A DNA stretch of 63,332 bases, the filler included, from Octopus bimaculoides (Eukaryota): the NCBI RefSeq assembly GCF_001194135.2. It is 5 parts of 4 records of this genome, joined end to end, with 100 filler letters (N's around TTAATTAATTAA, not from the genome) between each part and the next. Parts side by side here need not be neighbours in the genome. Positions count along the whole stretch, not along the records: positions 37,390 to 50,950 come from NC_068986.1; 4 more parts are not named here. The stretch is one strand, 5' to 3'. This document shows, in pieces, positions 37,990-50,950 of this stretch. Position 1 is the first letter of the stretch; the number at the start of each line of letters is the position of its first letter. A program made the position numbers and the translations under genes. The notes below the pieces were generated by a model that searched no databases, was not told where the DNA came from, and was given only the letters and a program-made list of their open reading frames with translations.

Positions 37990-38160
37990 GATGCATACAT
38001 GCATACATACATACATGTCATACATACATACATACATACATACGTACATACATACATACCCTGTTGTTGATGTTGAAATTCCAATGAAGGAGCTTTGGAT
38101 CTAGGTTAGAAACCGGTTCTTTCTCTATTGGCAAGAAATCTTGAAATGAACTGAATAATG
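37691..38160 (+). mobile_element. R4/Dong-like RLE non-LTR retrotransposon 3' end
   Basis: WALGYVTHCLKTNLEQLGF...LQMQAMTGTVKILKTFRRFII* (stop 37847) resembles the RLE C-terminus. The 3' UTR is embedded in (TACA)n. Confidence 0.7.
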
Positions 38161-38191
38161 ACATACATACATACATACATACGTACATACG

Positions 38192-38222
<31 letters not shown>

Positions 38223-38237
38223 GTACATACATGCATA

Positions 38238-38430
38238 CCCTCTGGACACCATTGTGGTTAGAAAAATACAGGAAAAAGAGGACTTGTATGGACTTGTTAA
38301 TAAGGAGCTTACAGATCCAGTATCCACGGTGCACGTTCAGCTTATCCCTATTATTATTGGGGCAACAGAATACAGAGAAACCCGTCTGGAGTAAAGTATG
38401 GATGAAATTGGGCTTTGTGTTTGTATTTGT
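38238..38430 (+). mobile_element. Second RLE-domain fragment
   Basis: PLDTIVVRKIQEKEDLYGLVNKEL...VQLIPIIIGAT resembles the P.D..I..KE.EK..KY..L..EL...V..IPIVIGALG motif. Confidence 0.65.
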
Positions 38431-38662
38431 CTTTGTTCTCACCGGTGTTGGTGTGTTTATGTCCCCGTAAATTAGTGGCTCGACAAAAAGAGACTGAAAG
38501 AATAAGTACAAGGCTTAGATAAAAAAAGTACTGAGGTCGAGTTGTTCGGCTAAATCCTTCCGGGTGGTGCTCCAGCATCGCCGTAGTCTAAAGCCTGAAA
38601 CAAGTAAACGATAAATGATATGTACCGGAACGTATGTACGTAATTGAGTGAGTGAATGTGTT

Positions 38663-38701
<39 letters not shown>

Positions 38702-38876
38702 GTGTGTGTCCGTAGTGAAGGGATTTCGTGAAAAATTGTCGTTTGAACAAACGTAGAATGATTACTTGAAGTGATTGGAGAGATTATTTCTGCATNNNNN
38801 NNNNNTTTAAAAGATAGAAATCAAATTTTATGGGTGAAATTGAATACCGTATATTTAGAAGAAAGCACATAATAAC

Positions 38877-38938
<62 letters not shown>

Positions 38939-39566
38939 CAACAACAGCAACAACAAAATTAGTAATAATTGGTTTGCTGGCGGTTTGCAGAATTCAGTGA
39001 ATGACAATGGATTGCGTTTTCTTTTCAGAAATTTGGAGAAAAGGACGCCAGTTTGTTTGTGAAGAAAGAAGTTTGAACTGAAACAAAATATTTTTAATTA
39101 CATGTAAGATAAGAATTTTCAAAACTGAAAGAAATGAGCATATCTGTTACATATTTGAGAAGGATTTGGCTGCTATTTTTGCAGGTCAAACGACTACTTA
39201 GAGGCTCCAGTCTTGGCATTTTTAAAGCTAAATTAATTGATTAAGCAAATCAGAATGAATGAGAAATTTTCCTCAAAGATGCTTTCGATCTAAAGAACTC
39301 AGAGTTAAGTGGAAAAACATACTTAATATAAAGAGGCAATTTTTGTTAATTAGTTAAGATTAATATTTGATAAAGACCGAGTGAAAACACTTGGTGACGC
39401 TCACAGCATAGAAAATAATTATTTGAACCGACGCGAATCGTGAAACATAAAGAAGGTACATTGTCGTCGTTGTTTAACCCCAAGTCAACCTTCTTCGAGC
39501 AGACGTACGATTAAAGGTATTTCAAACGACATAATCAGCTTTTTATGTACATATTAGAATATGTTA

Positions 39567-39960
39567 GTGGAGGCGCAATGGCCCAGTGGTTAGGGCAGCG
39601 GACTCGCGGTCATAGGATCGCGGTTTCGATTCCCAGACCGGGCGTTGTGAGTGTTTATTGAGCGAAAGCACCTAAAGCTCCACGAGGCTCCGGCAGGGGA
39701 TGGTGGCGAACCCTGCTGTACTCTTCCACCACAAATTTCTCTCACTCTTACTTCCTAATTCTGTTGAGCCTGTAATTCAAAGGGTCAGCCTTGTCACACT
39801 GTGTCACGCTGAATATCCGCGAGAACTACGTTAAGGGTACACGTGTCTGTGGAGTGCTCAGTCACTTGCACGTTAATTTCACGAGCAGGCTGTTCCGTGG
39901 ATCGGATCGATTGGAACCCTCGACGTCGTAAGCGATGGAGTGCTACAAAAAAAAACAAAA
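39567..39960 (+). mobile_element. SINE-B full-length copy
   Basis: 15-bp duplication AGAATATGTTAGTGG 39556-39570/39961-39975. Other SINE-B pieces at 55691-55913(-), 61154-61263(+) and 62155-62451(-). Confidence 0.9.
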
Positions 39961-39969
39961 AGAATATGT

Positions 39970-40209
39970 TAGTGGTTCTCAGCTGGGGATCTACATGACC
40001 TTTTGGGATCCATATAAGATTTTGTTGTTAAAACTTATGTGCAACAAATTGGTTATGCTTCGACAATACACAAAATATTTTAACCAGATTTCAAATGCAA
40101 TTCTTAATGTTTAATTATTAAAATATATGATTTTTTAAAACATCGAATGGTTATGAAGGTCTATCCGAGTCAAAGGGATCCATAGGTAAAAAATGGTTGA
40201 GAACCACTG
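39970..40209. mobile_element. hAT MITE
   Basis: (T)AGTGGTTCTCAGC...GTTGAGAACCACTG. TSD GAATATGT/GATTATGT (7/8). Confidence 0.8.
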
Positions 40210-40601
40210 GATTATGTTGACAAATGTAGTCTCTCTATGTTTTAGACTGTAATGTGCGATTTTTAGGAAAATGTGGCAGCTATTTTTCACAGATCTAGCG
40301 ACCATGTAGGCGTTCCTCTTTACGGTGATATATTCTCTCTTTCGTTATTTCTCTCTTCCCTTTTCTCTTCTTCTCTATTCCCAACTTTCTCTTCCTCCCC
40401 TTCTCTCTCTTCCTCTCCAGCATATCTTCTTTCCCATTCTTGTTCGTATTTTGGAGAAGAAAGCATATTTCAACGTTCTTCAAGCGTTTCGTTCACTTTA
40501 TCTTACACATCTTTTCCTCGCAACTGGACGGACGCGTTAATTCTCGTAGCTTTTTATTTTTTTTTCCCATAACTGTAACAATACACGTTTGCACACACAC
40601 A

Positions 40602-40676
<75 letters not shown>

Positions 40677-41015
40677 AGAACAAAAAATATCTGCTTCTCA
40701 CTGAAACAACATCTCCAGAGATTTTACTTCTCTTCTTGAAAGCTGCAACTCATAGATTACTTTATTTTCGTCGAGTAAAGGATAAATGGATCCAATACAA
40801 CTCGCTCGATAAAATTGCGCCGCTTATTCATTAGTCATTACGAATAGGACAGAGAGCTGGCAAGATCGTTAGCGCGTTGGACAAAATGCTTACCAGCATT
40901 CCTTCCGGTGCTTTACGTTCTGAGTTCAAATTCTGCTGAAGTCGACTTTGTCGTTCATCCTTTCCAGTACCAGTTGAGCACTAAGGTCGATGTAATCGAC
41001 TTACTCCCTCCTTGT

Positions 41016-41050
<35 letters not shown>

Positions 41051-41759
41051 AACAGATTATTCATTATGAAAAATGTACCGGTGGTACAATTAGTTCTTTC
41101 TGGTTACCCTGTGAGTCGAATTTGATACACGGAAATTGTGCAGGAACCCATACATACATACATACATACATACATACATACGTATATATATATATATATA
41201 TATATATATAAGTATGTATGTATGTATGTGTGGATATATGTATGTATATGTGTATGTAGTATGTGTGTATGTATGTTTGTAATACGACAGGTTCCTGCAC
41301 AATCTCCGTTTATCACATTTAACTAACAAGGTAAGCATGTCATGTCCAAAAGAAAGAAAGAAAGAAAGAAAGAAAAACAACTGAGATTAATGAAATTAAA
41401 ACAAAACTTGACATTGAAGTGATGCAGCGTAAACTGAGTTGATGAGTGGTGGTGGTGGTGGTGGCAGTGGTCATCGTCGTCGTCGTCGCCGTGGTACTAA
41501 TAGAAGCTGGGCTTGTGGTAGTGATCTAGCGGTGACCGACATAGTCATGCTTTGTGATGGTGGCGGTGGCGGTGGCAGTGGCCGTGGTGGTGGTGGTGGT
41601 GATTGTCGTCGTCGTCGTAGTAGTAGTAGTAGTAGTAACGTGCTGATATTTGATTAACCTCAGGTCAATTCTGATCAAACAGACCTTATGATCAAAAGCA
41701 TTCCAGTTATAACCATTTCGTCTTTCTAATGATATCTTGCATTGCATTATCTAATTTTG

Positions 41760-42277
41760 TGTTTTTCAGCCCTACACCCCTATTCCCTACACCCCTATTT
41801 CCTATACCCCTAAAAAATGTTTGATTAATGTTTGCACCCCTTCGAAAGTTATATCACATTTAATGACGAAACATCAATTTCTTAATGACAAATCTATAAT
41901 ACATTAAAAATCAGTTTGAATCTTACTTGCTTGCTTGCAATGTTACCCAACCAAACTGGAGCATAATGAGAAAATACTATGAATTAAGTTTACCCTGAAA
42001 TGTTAATACGAACGGAATGAAACAAGTTTCGCGTAAATAGGAGCAATAGTTATTGAGATATTCGGGGTTTGAGGGTAAAAATACTCAAAACGGTGCATAA
42101 TGGGAAAATGTTCCGAATTTAACTTCATCCTGAAAAGGAAGAAACTGTAACCTCTCGATGTCACATTCATTGAAAGCATACGAAATTACCTGGAAAAGAA
42201 AAAAATCCACGAAGCAAAACTCCGTTGCTGGGAAACTCAGAGCTTCCCGGTGACCCAACGGGTCACGCGTAGTCTAG
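41760..42277 (+). mobile_element. Non-autonomous Helitron-like element (3' end clear, 5' end uncertain)
   Basis: Hairpin GTGACCC-AAC-GGGTCAC 42250-42266, then CTAG 42274-42277 followed by T. A 15-bp CCCTACACCCCTATT repeat occurs three times near 41770. Confidence 0.6.
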
Positions 42278-42309
42278 TTTGTTATATTATTAGTTTGTTA
42301 TATTATTAG

Positions 42310-42520
42310 AGAGCTGACAGAACCGTTATGGCGCCGGAATAAATGCTCAGCGGCATTTCTTCTGGCTTTACTTCCTGAGTTCAAATTCCACTGAGGTCGA
42401 CTTTGCTTTCAAACTTCCGGCATCAATAAATTAAGTACTAGTTCATCACTGGAGTCGATCTAATCGATTAGACCCCTCCCCGAAAATTTCAAGTCTTGTG
42501 CCTATAATAGAAAGAATTAT
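42310..42520 (+). mobile_element. SINE-A copy
   Basis: Family match. Further copies at 40850-41015, 46425-46645, 49820-50035(-), 50068-50285 and 58428-58635. Confidence 0.8.
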
Positions 42521-42963
42521 TATTTTTATTATTTAAATGATCCACATATATTACTGTGGGGGAACAGATTGTGGGTGAAAAAAAAAGCAACAACAGCCAC
42601 GAACTCTGGACTTCATTGTTTAAATGGTTAGAAGCAAAATGAGTTTCTATTAATAAGATATCGGTCAGCTAAAACATCTAACCAAAGGAGAGCCAGACAC
42701 ACCGTGTTAGCATATAAGACTGAACCAAATAAGATTAACCTCATTATCACAACAAAAAAGTAATAAATGGGCTTGTAACCTCTGCATGCCTCTGTCTCAA
42801 TTAATTTTGAAAATAACGAAAAATTTAGTTGAGTACGTAGATTTTCGTATTTATTCTTAATACGTTCCGACAGATTCGAACGTGAATAGAATAATCACTG
42901 CTGTGTTTCGTCACAGGAGAACTACTTCTCCTTTTCGACGAATGTGCGGTCATCACACACAAA

Positions 42964-43020
42964 GGATCCCGAGATACCCGGTGTTTCGACATCGATGTGT
43001 CTCGTCAGTCAGAAGCATCC
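42964..43020 (-). ncRNA. Type I hammerhead ribozyme candidate
   Basis: GGAUGCUUCUGA-CUGACGA-GACA(CAUCGA)UGUC-GAAAC-ACCGG-GUA/UCUCGGGAUCC: complete core, 4-bp stem II, 2-bp stem III, stem I with an internal loop. Confidence 0.65.
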
Positions 43021-43999
43021 AACGAACCAAGGAATCAAACAAGAGTATCAGTCCTTGTCTATAAATTCATCGACCAAATGGCTGATCCGTGCTGATATTT
43101 GCGAACCAATAATAAATCGTTATATGCACTGTGAGTATCTATAGTCAAAAACAATAATTTGCATTGTCATTCTTCATACGTTCCGGCATATTCGAAAGTT
43201 GGTGTTTGGAACGTAAATTAACGCGAAATTTTGATGTGAGGGTTTAACTTATAACATTTTAAAATATGAAGTCTGTCGCATAGAACCAAGCGCAGTTACA
43301 GGCGGGTTGACATTAAATGAATTAAGTCATTTATGTCTATGAAGCCTCTTTTATTTATGCTATGTTTAGATAATAAACCAAATATCAAAGGTTCGTCTTT
43401 GATTAGATATTTGTTTCTTATTGACAATGATATTGAAAATAGATTTCTATATTCCCCTGTTGTCATTTGACCAGATTCTGTAGATATTATTTATAAAGGA
43501 AGAGTTGAGAATCCTTTATCATAAATACAGGAGCAACAGCGGTGGTAAAAAAAAAATAGTGGAACTCATTTAGAGCGAGCGAAGAAGCTACAAGAATGAC
43601 AGAGCTGATGTCAAGTGAAAGTGGACTGGTATAATGGAACAGCATGAAGTCAGCAGGTACAAAATTTATATAAAAGAAAGGGAGCATAACTTTATATACG
43701 TTCGGACAAGTAAAAGATAAAACTACCTCTTCTATCGAGAAAAAAGTGGAACAAAATACCCTACCTCATACACACACACACAAACATGTATGTATGTACT
43801 CTTTCTTTATGCGAAGGAACATGTTCAACTTTGAAACAAGAAACTTGACAGCTGGTGAAATGACATAAAAAGGAAAAGAAAAAAGCCCTCCTCCCTGGGG
43901 TCTAAAAACGAACATTTGATGACAGTTAAGTCAGAATGAGCGGTAAAGTTTGATAAGAAATTTTAGCTGTTGAAGTTGAACATTTCAGGACTAAAACGA

Positions 44000-44043
<44 letters not shown>

Positions 44044-44470
44044 TTTTTCGACTGACACTGAAATGAGGAAACCACATTTAACGAATTTTCGCTGAAGACG
44101 ATTATCAAATTATTCGTGAATATAAAGATTTTATTATCATTTCTTTTCTGTAATATCCCGTTGAACGCTGTCTTTTAAAGGCCGCAGTAGTTTCATGCAT
44201 ATTTCACATAGCACCTCTTTTATAAAACAAATGTTCCTTGTTACAGGCATTTTAAGAGAAATTTCACACTACTTATCCTAATTGCACATTCACCAACATC
44301 CCAACACAAATTTAAAATATCCGAAATATTTTGTTGATCTCCTTTATTTAATTAGCAAGATGAGAAAACATTGACGGATAAAGAGCTTAGAAAATGTAAC
44401 TGATATAAATAGCAAATAAATACAGAAAACTGAAGGCCAGTCGTAACTATCGACCTATCTCTCTCTTCAG

Positions 44471-44563
44471 ATTCTAGTGCATAACAACTATATAATTTTA
44501 TATTGATTTTAACATAAAAGTGGCAAAAATGGATGTCGACATATCTTTGTACAACAGCAAAAG
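44471..44563 (+). CDS. Candidate start exon (5'UTR + MDVDISLYNSK-)
   Basis: Acceptor CTCTCTCTTCAG, AAAAATGG start context at 44529, donor AAG|GTAATG (phase 2). Confidence 0.35.
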
Positions 44564-46700
44564 GTAATGGCTTTGAGCACTGCTTTTTGGTTAAGTTTAG
44601 TTCTGTCACGAGTCCATGAACTCTTAAAGCCGGATATTAACCCTATTTATACGGCGTATTTGTGGTAGATACTACAACACCCTTCACTTTTGAACGGGAC
44701 GTCGATCTATTGCACGTTTAAATTCCCCAGATATTGCTGCAACTCGTTTACAGCTGAGTAAACTAGAGCAACTTGAAATGATGCTTCTTGCTGAAGAGTA
44801 CAACGCATCCCCTGGCCCGAGAATCGAAACCGCGATTGTAAGATCGTGAGTGCAACGTCCTAACCACTAGGCCCTTCATGTTCCCTTGGGCTACCAAACT
44901 GAAAATGAAGAGCTATATAATAGCAACCACACAAATACAAACACATACACTCGCACACAAACACACACACACACATATCTGTAAAGTGTGAGTTTGAATT
45001 TCTTGACAAGGAGTCATAATTGTTTTTTAAATCATTAAATTTAGCTGACGAAAGCTCTTCGCATACAAACCTCTTTCTTGGATAAGATATATTAAGTGTT
45101 AACATAAGAATGGTATATCTTTTCCAGGTTTATTGTGATCTAATGGTTCAAAACAAAGAAATCTATTTTCTGTTAGCATAGTAAATAGAAAAAACCTTCG
45201 AAAGGGATGTGAAACTCGAACATTTACTACTGTTCCAGATAAGGAAATTATTTGGTTTCTTTATATTTGTTTCGTATGAATATCAGAACAAAATAGATAA
45301 TCACTCACATTGCAAATTGATTAGAGAATGGCATTGGCTATGATTGCGATTCTCTTTTCTGCATTTCGGCATGTTTATGATTCTGAAGGGAAAAACAACT
45401 TATAACAGAAGATCGTTTATTTAAGCTGTTTTAATGGCGTTCTTAAAAAGAAATAATCTTTGTAGGTTGAAAGAAGTCGATTGACTAATGCTGTAAGATA
45501 TTTTTTAAATAGTGTTGAAATTTAACCAGCAATTTCTAAAGCGTTGTATTGTTGATAGGAAATATAAATGCTATACTAGAGATTGGTTTTTTTTTTTTTT
45601 CTTTATGATATAAAATTTATCAGTTGATGAAAAAAAAAAAAAGCTTTGTAAAAAACAAGATTATTCTTGTTCGTCTTGATGGTTTCTTAAAAATGTATGA
45701 GTCCTGAAAATATTTCCGGATGTTATAACGTTTATACATTTCCATTTAAAAAAAAAATTGACAAATAAAATCGTTTCGACTGAGACACAGAATCGGTTTA
45801 CAACGAGTAAAACGGCTTATAACGGTGTTTATCACAAATTTTAATAATACTAAGAGCGTATTTTACTTTGTAGGTATGTTTCAAGAAAATTAAAAATTGC
45901 TTCTCGTGTTTTTGAAATATTTCTAAAACTAGTTAATTGGTGATAATAGGTGTCTTCTATTTACTTCAATGTATAAGCCATTTCGACCTAATTTTCAAAC
46001 TGACGAAGATGGTTGTCGTCTCACAAACGTCATTGAAGAGAACAATTATATTTGATCTAAATCTTAGAACGAGAAACATGCAGCAACAGTACCATAGAGT
46101 AGAGTTTGTTTGCCAACGTAAAGCGGCAGTCCTGATTAAAACCAATGTTGCTGTTATCTAGCCCCAGGAAAACATCGTCTCTAACTGGCTATCGATGCAC
46201 TAACTTCGTCGTTATATTTTCGAACAAGGGAACTGGTATCCCCGCACTACTCAAAGCAATATCTGTGTACCAATGGTTTCTGGGTTATTCCTCTTCATCA
46301 GCATAGAATAATCGCTTGACTACATTGGTTCTAATCAATACTGCCACTTTACTAATTATATTTGAATTTCCACAAAAGTAACGAGTCTAGTTAGGCAACA
46401 AACACGAAAATAGTAGTGAAATCCAAGGCGGCGAATTGGCAAATTCGTTAGCATGCCGGGCAAAATGCTTAGCAGCATTAATTCTAGTTTTATGTTCTGG
46501 GTTTTAAATTATGCTGAGGTCGACTTTGCATTTCATCCTCTCGGAATCGGTAACATAGGTACCAGTTGAGCACTGGGGTCAATGTAATCGATTTACACTC
46601 TCCTCCGAAATTATTGTCCTTGTGCCAAAATTTTGAACCCAATATAAGTGAAATCCCTTTCTTTCTTTCTTTCCATTTGAAAGCAATAACCAGCCTACTT

Positions 46701-46853
46701 GTGAATGCTTAGGTGCTGTAATGGAGTCTTATATATTGTGGATACTTACGCGTTGTTATGGAGTCTTATGCATTGTGAATACTTAGGTGCTGTAATGAAT
46801 GAAGACTTTTATGTATTGTGGATACTTAGGCGTTGTAATGAAGTCTTATGTAT
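46701..46853. repeat. 37-bp minisatellite, 4 units alternating A/B
   Basis: Unit starts at 46701, 46738, 46775 and 46818. Confidence 0.85.
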
Positions 46854-47494
46854 TTATTTAAATGGAAAACTGCTTTGATATTTAAAAACATTAACAACTT
46901 AGATTTGATTCTTTCCGAGTTTGTTTACTTCATTTATACATCGAGAAAGTCACCCACATTGCCTTCGCATTAAAACATAAACATGAAAAAAATCTTCACA
47001 TACAGATTTCCGACTGGAAGTTAATCGTCGTTATACAAGAGGGCAAATAAAAATGAAAATGTTTGGTAATCAAAAAGGAAGTGTTTTGAGTTTACTAAAA
47101 CAGAATGATTGTTTCCAAAGAGGACCAAAATAACCACAACTGGAAATAATCACTTCACATTCTTCAAAAGAGGAGTGAAAAATAAAATATGCGTGTGGAC
47201 CACTTGAAGTTGGCAGCCTGATCACCAGGATATTTCCTCTGGTGCTACAAAGGATGGGAAAGAATTAACGGAATCTATTTGTCCATGTTTTTAAGCAAAC
47301 CATTGTACAATATCGTTCATTGACTTAGTGATTTTTTCATCACTACTTTGGCAGATGTGGTGATGTCTGCGCTTAGCTGATGAAGTCAAAGAATTAGGAA
47401 TGTTTGTGTCCTTCACACAAACACTTCTAATTCTGCTAATGTATGTGTGTGTTTACATATGTGTGTGAATATATATATATGTATATAACTGAGA

Positions 47495-47760
47495 ATGTGT
47501 GCTGTCTGTCTGTCTGTCTGCATGTACGTATGTGTGCATCATTAAACCTTGAGAACTACCCAATCGATTTCATTCAAATTTTACGCATATACTACTTAGG
47601 GACCATGGAGTGTCATGGGTCAAAAAAATTTTCAGCTTCTTGCCTAATGCGAGCCCGGAGTAATCTCTTAGACTGTTTCGGTATTACGCGTCAAAAGGGA
47701 AACAATAATGTTTCTATTGTAATGTGAGTTAATAGTTTCACTATTAATAGTGAAATTATT
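47495..47760 (+). mobile_element. DINE-1/HINE-like (Helentron-associated) fragment
   Basis: (GTCT)n followed by AACTACCCAATCGATTTCATTCAAATTTTAC, typical of this class. Confidence 0.5.
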
Positions 47761-48465
47761 ATATATGTATGCTTGTATATATGTGTATATATATGTGTGT
47801 ACATATATATATATGTATACATATATATATGTATATATATATATATATATNNNNNNNNNNNNNNNNNNNNNNNNNNNNNNNNNNNNNNNNNNNNNNNNNN
47901 NNNNNNNNNNNNNNNNNNNNNNNNNNNNNNNNNNNNNNNNNNNNNNNNNNNNNNNNNNNNNNNNNNNNNNNNNNNNNNNNNNNNNNNNNNNNNNNNNNNN
48001 NNNNNNNNNNNNNNNNNNNNNNNNNNNNNNNNNNNNNNNNNNNNNNNNNNNNNNNNNNNNNNNNNNNNNNNNNNNNNNNNNNNNNNNNNNNNNNNNNNNN
48101 NNNNNNNNNNNNNNNNNNNNNNNNNNNNNNNNNNNNNNNNNNNNNNNNNNNNNNNNNNNNNNNNNNNNNNNNNNNNNNNNNNNNNNNNNNNNNNNNNNNN
48201 NNNNNNNNNNNNNNNNNNNNNNNNNNNNNNNNNNNNNNNNNNNNNNNNNNNNNNNNNNNNNNNNNNNNNNNNNNNNNNNNNNNNNNNNNNNNNNNNNNNN
48301 NNNNNNNNNNNNNNNNNNNNNNNNNNNNNNNNNNNNNNNNNNNNNNNNNNNNNNNNNNNNNNNNNNNNNNNNNNNNNNNNNNNNNNNNNNNNNNNNNNNN
48401 NNNNNNNNNNNNNNNNNNNNNNNNNNNNNNNNNNNNNNNNNNNNNNNNNNNNNNNNNNNNNNCTC

Positions 48466-48499
<34 letters not shown>

Positions 48500-48509
48500 A
48501 TAATCTATC

Positions 48510-48575
<66 letters not shown>

Positions 48576-50886
48576 ATCTATCTATCAATTTATCTTTCTA
48601 TCGCTTTCTCTCTATGTGTCTGTCTGTGCTTGCGTGCACGTATGTATTTAGAGCATGGTTGATGAGTTAAGAAGTTTGCTGCACGATCAAGATATCCTAA
48701 GTTCGTTTCCTCACTGTACATACCGGGTAAATGCTTCAGCTATAGCCTGGAATCGATCCATGTCCTGTGAGAGAATTTGGATGGACGGAAAAGGCGTAGA
48801 AGTCAATCGGATGGACTTCACCTACTATTTAAAAGTTCAGCCAAGTCGCACTATGTCACGCTGATTTCTTCTTGGAAATTATGTTAAGGGGACACATCTG
48901 TGGACTACTCATGTTACACACACACACACACACACACACATACATACTATCTCTCCCTTTCTCATTCTCTCTGCTACAGCAATAATATAAACCGGCTGAA
49001 AATCAAAATCAGTTGAGCTTCTTAAAGTACATCTCGTCTAATTATCTCTATCCTTCCCTCACACCTCTCACTTCTTTATCACAACCTTCACCCACCCCTC
49101 CGTAACATTCATAACCTCTCCCGGTCTCACTAACTGCCCCTTCTCAGTGATTCCAATGATCCCTCTTCTCCTCTGCTGACGTTTATGCTGCCAGCCGCCC
49201 CCGGACTAACGCAGGCAGTTGATTTTGGGTTGTTTGGACAATTGAATTGGATACAATCGCCATTATAGTGAGGCATTTTCAGGACAATGAAGAATATTTT
49301 CATACATTTTGATAGCAGTTTTCTGACATACAAACTTACTTATACACACGTATACACACACATACACACACACACACACATTAATTATTACACCAGAGGA
49401 TCTGCTTAGCTAGGNNNNNNNNNNNNNNNNNNNNNNNNNNNNNNNNNNNNNNNNNNNNNNNNNNNNNNNNNNNNNNNNNNNNNNNNNNNNNNNNNNNNNN
49501 NNNNNNNNNNNNNNNNNNNNNNNNNNNNNNNNNNNNNNNTATATATAATCCAAATAAGAAAGCAAAAAAAGATTTTAACACATTTTTAATTATCAATTAC
49601 AATTGTTTCTGTATCAATTCTTCTTTCAATGCCAGCTCCATGTAAAAGTTTCAATTGAAAATCTGCGTAATATCTGCGGTTTTAAACATTAATGGTACTT
49701 CCTCAAACGTACATCGAAGGTGCGCTCTTACATTGTGCGTCTGCCAGACTTTTTTGAAATAATCGACAATATTCCACTACAAATATAGACTACATGCCTG
49801 ACCAAAAGAAATCAAAATTGATTTCAAATTTTGACGAAAAGCCAGAAATTTCGAGGGAGGGAGTAAGTCGATTACATCGACCCTAGTGTTCAACTCGTAA
49901 CCACTTCATCGATCCCGAAAAGATGAAAAATAAAGTCGACCTCGGTGGAATTTGAACTCAGAACATGTAGACGGACGAAATGCCGTTAAGTATTTTGCCC
50001 GGTGTGCTAATGATTCGGCCAGCTCGGCCGCCTTTTTGTTGGAAGACATCAGTATTATCATACACTTCAAGGCGGTGAGCTGGCAGAATCGTTAGCAGGC
50101 AATCGTTGGTAGTATTTCTTCCGGATTTATGTTCTGAATTCAAATTCCCCCCGAGATCGACTTTGCCTTTCATCCTTTCTGGATCGACGAAATAAATACC
50201 AGTTGAGCACTAGGGTCAACGTACTCGACCCGCCTTACTCCCCTAAAATTTCTGGCCTTGTGCTTATAGTAGAAATGAATATTATCACACGGTTATAAAG
50301 TTGATTAAAGAGAACGTTTTGCTCTGAGAAATATATTGTACAAGAATAACTTAATGTTTCGTTAGAGCTACGCAGCTTACCTTTTGACGCTATTCCTTTC
50401 GTTACACCAGTTTCAACAATCCTTTAAAGACTGGTATTCAAATAATAACATGCCTACCGTATTTCAAACTGAACCTCATGGTGGTAGATTAGTCGGAGGC
50501 AAACATTATTTACATGCCAGAGAAGGCCATTTGATGGCGTTTCATGAATAGTTGTATCTATATGTATATTCTTTGATAAAAAGAATAAAAAAAGAAAAGC
50601 AGTTGATATCCTTAATTGAAATTACTATACACAATAATAGCTATGATCGCAAAAACAAACACGCCAAATATTTACAATTACCAGGATTCACGCAGCTTTG
50701 AGGTGTTTGACATTCTCCCCTGCAAACTTTATCTTGTTTATATTTCGTCTTCATAATATTTATAAGCAAAGTGGTTGAGAAACGTCTTTTCCGCTCCTGA
50801 ACAAGCTTAGTAGATGTAAAGTAATAAATATAGAAAGCGATGTTTTCAAACGAAATTTACGTATTTTACAAGAAATCCTCATATAA

Positions 50887-50950
<64 letters not shown>

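Noticed and set aside
42900-42960. Second hammerhead on the minus strand using the AGGAGAA hairpin as stem III
   Set aside because: The core reads GUGAUGA, stem II does not pair, and there is no valid UH cleavage site.
47355-47439. Plus exon with a good acceptor and GTATGT donor
   Set aside because: Stops occur in all three frames, and the donor lies at a TG/TA microsatellite edge.
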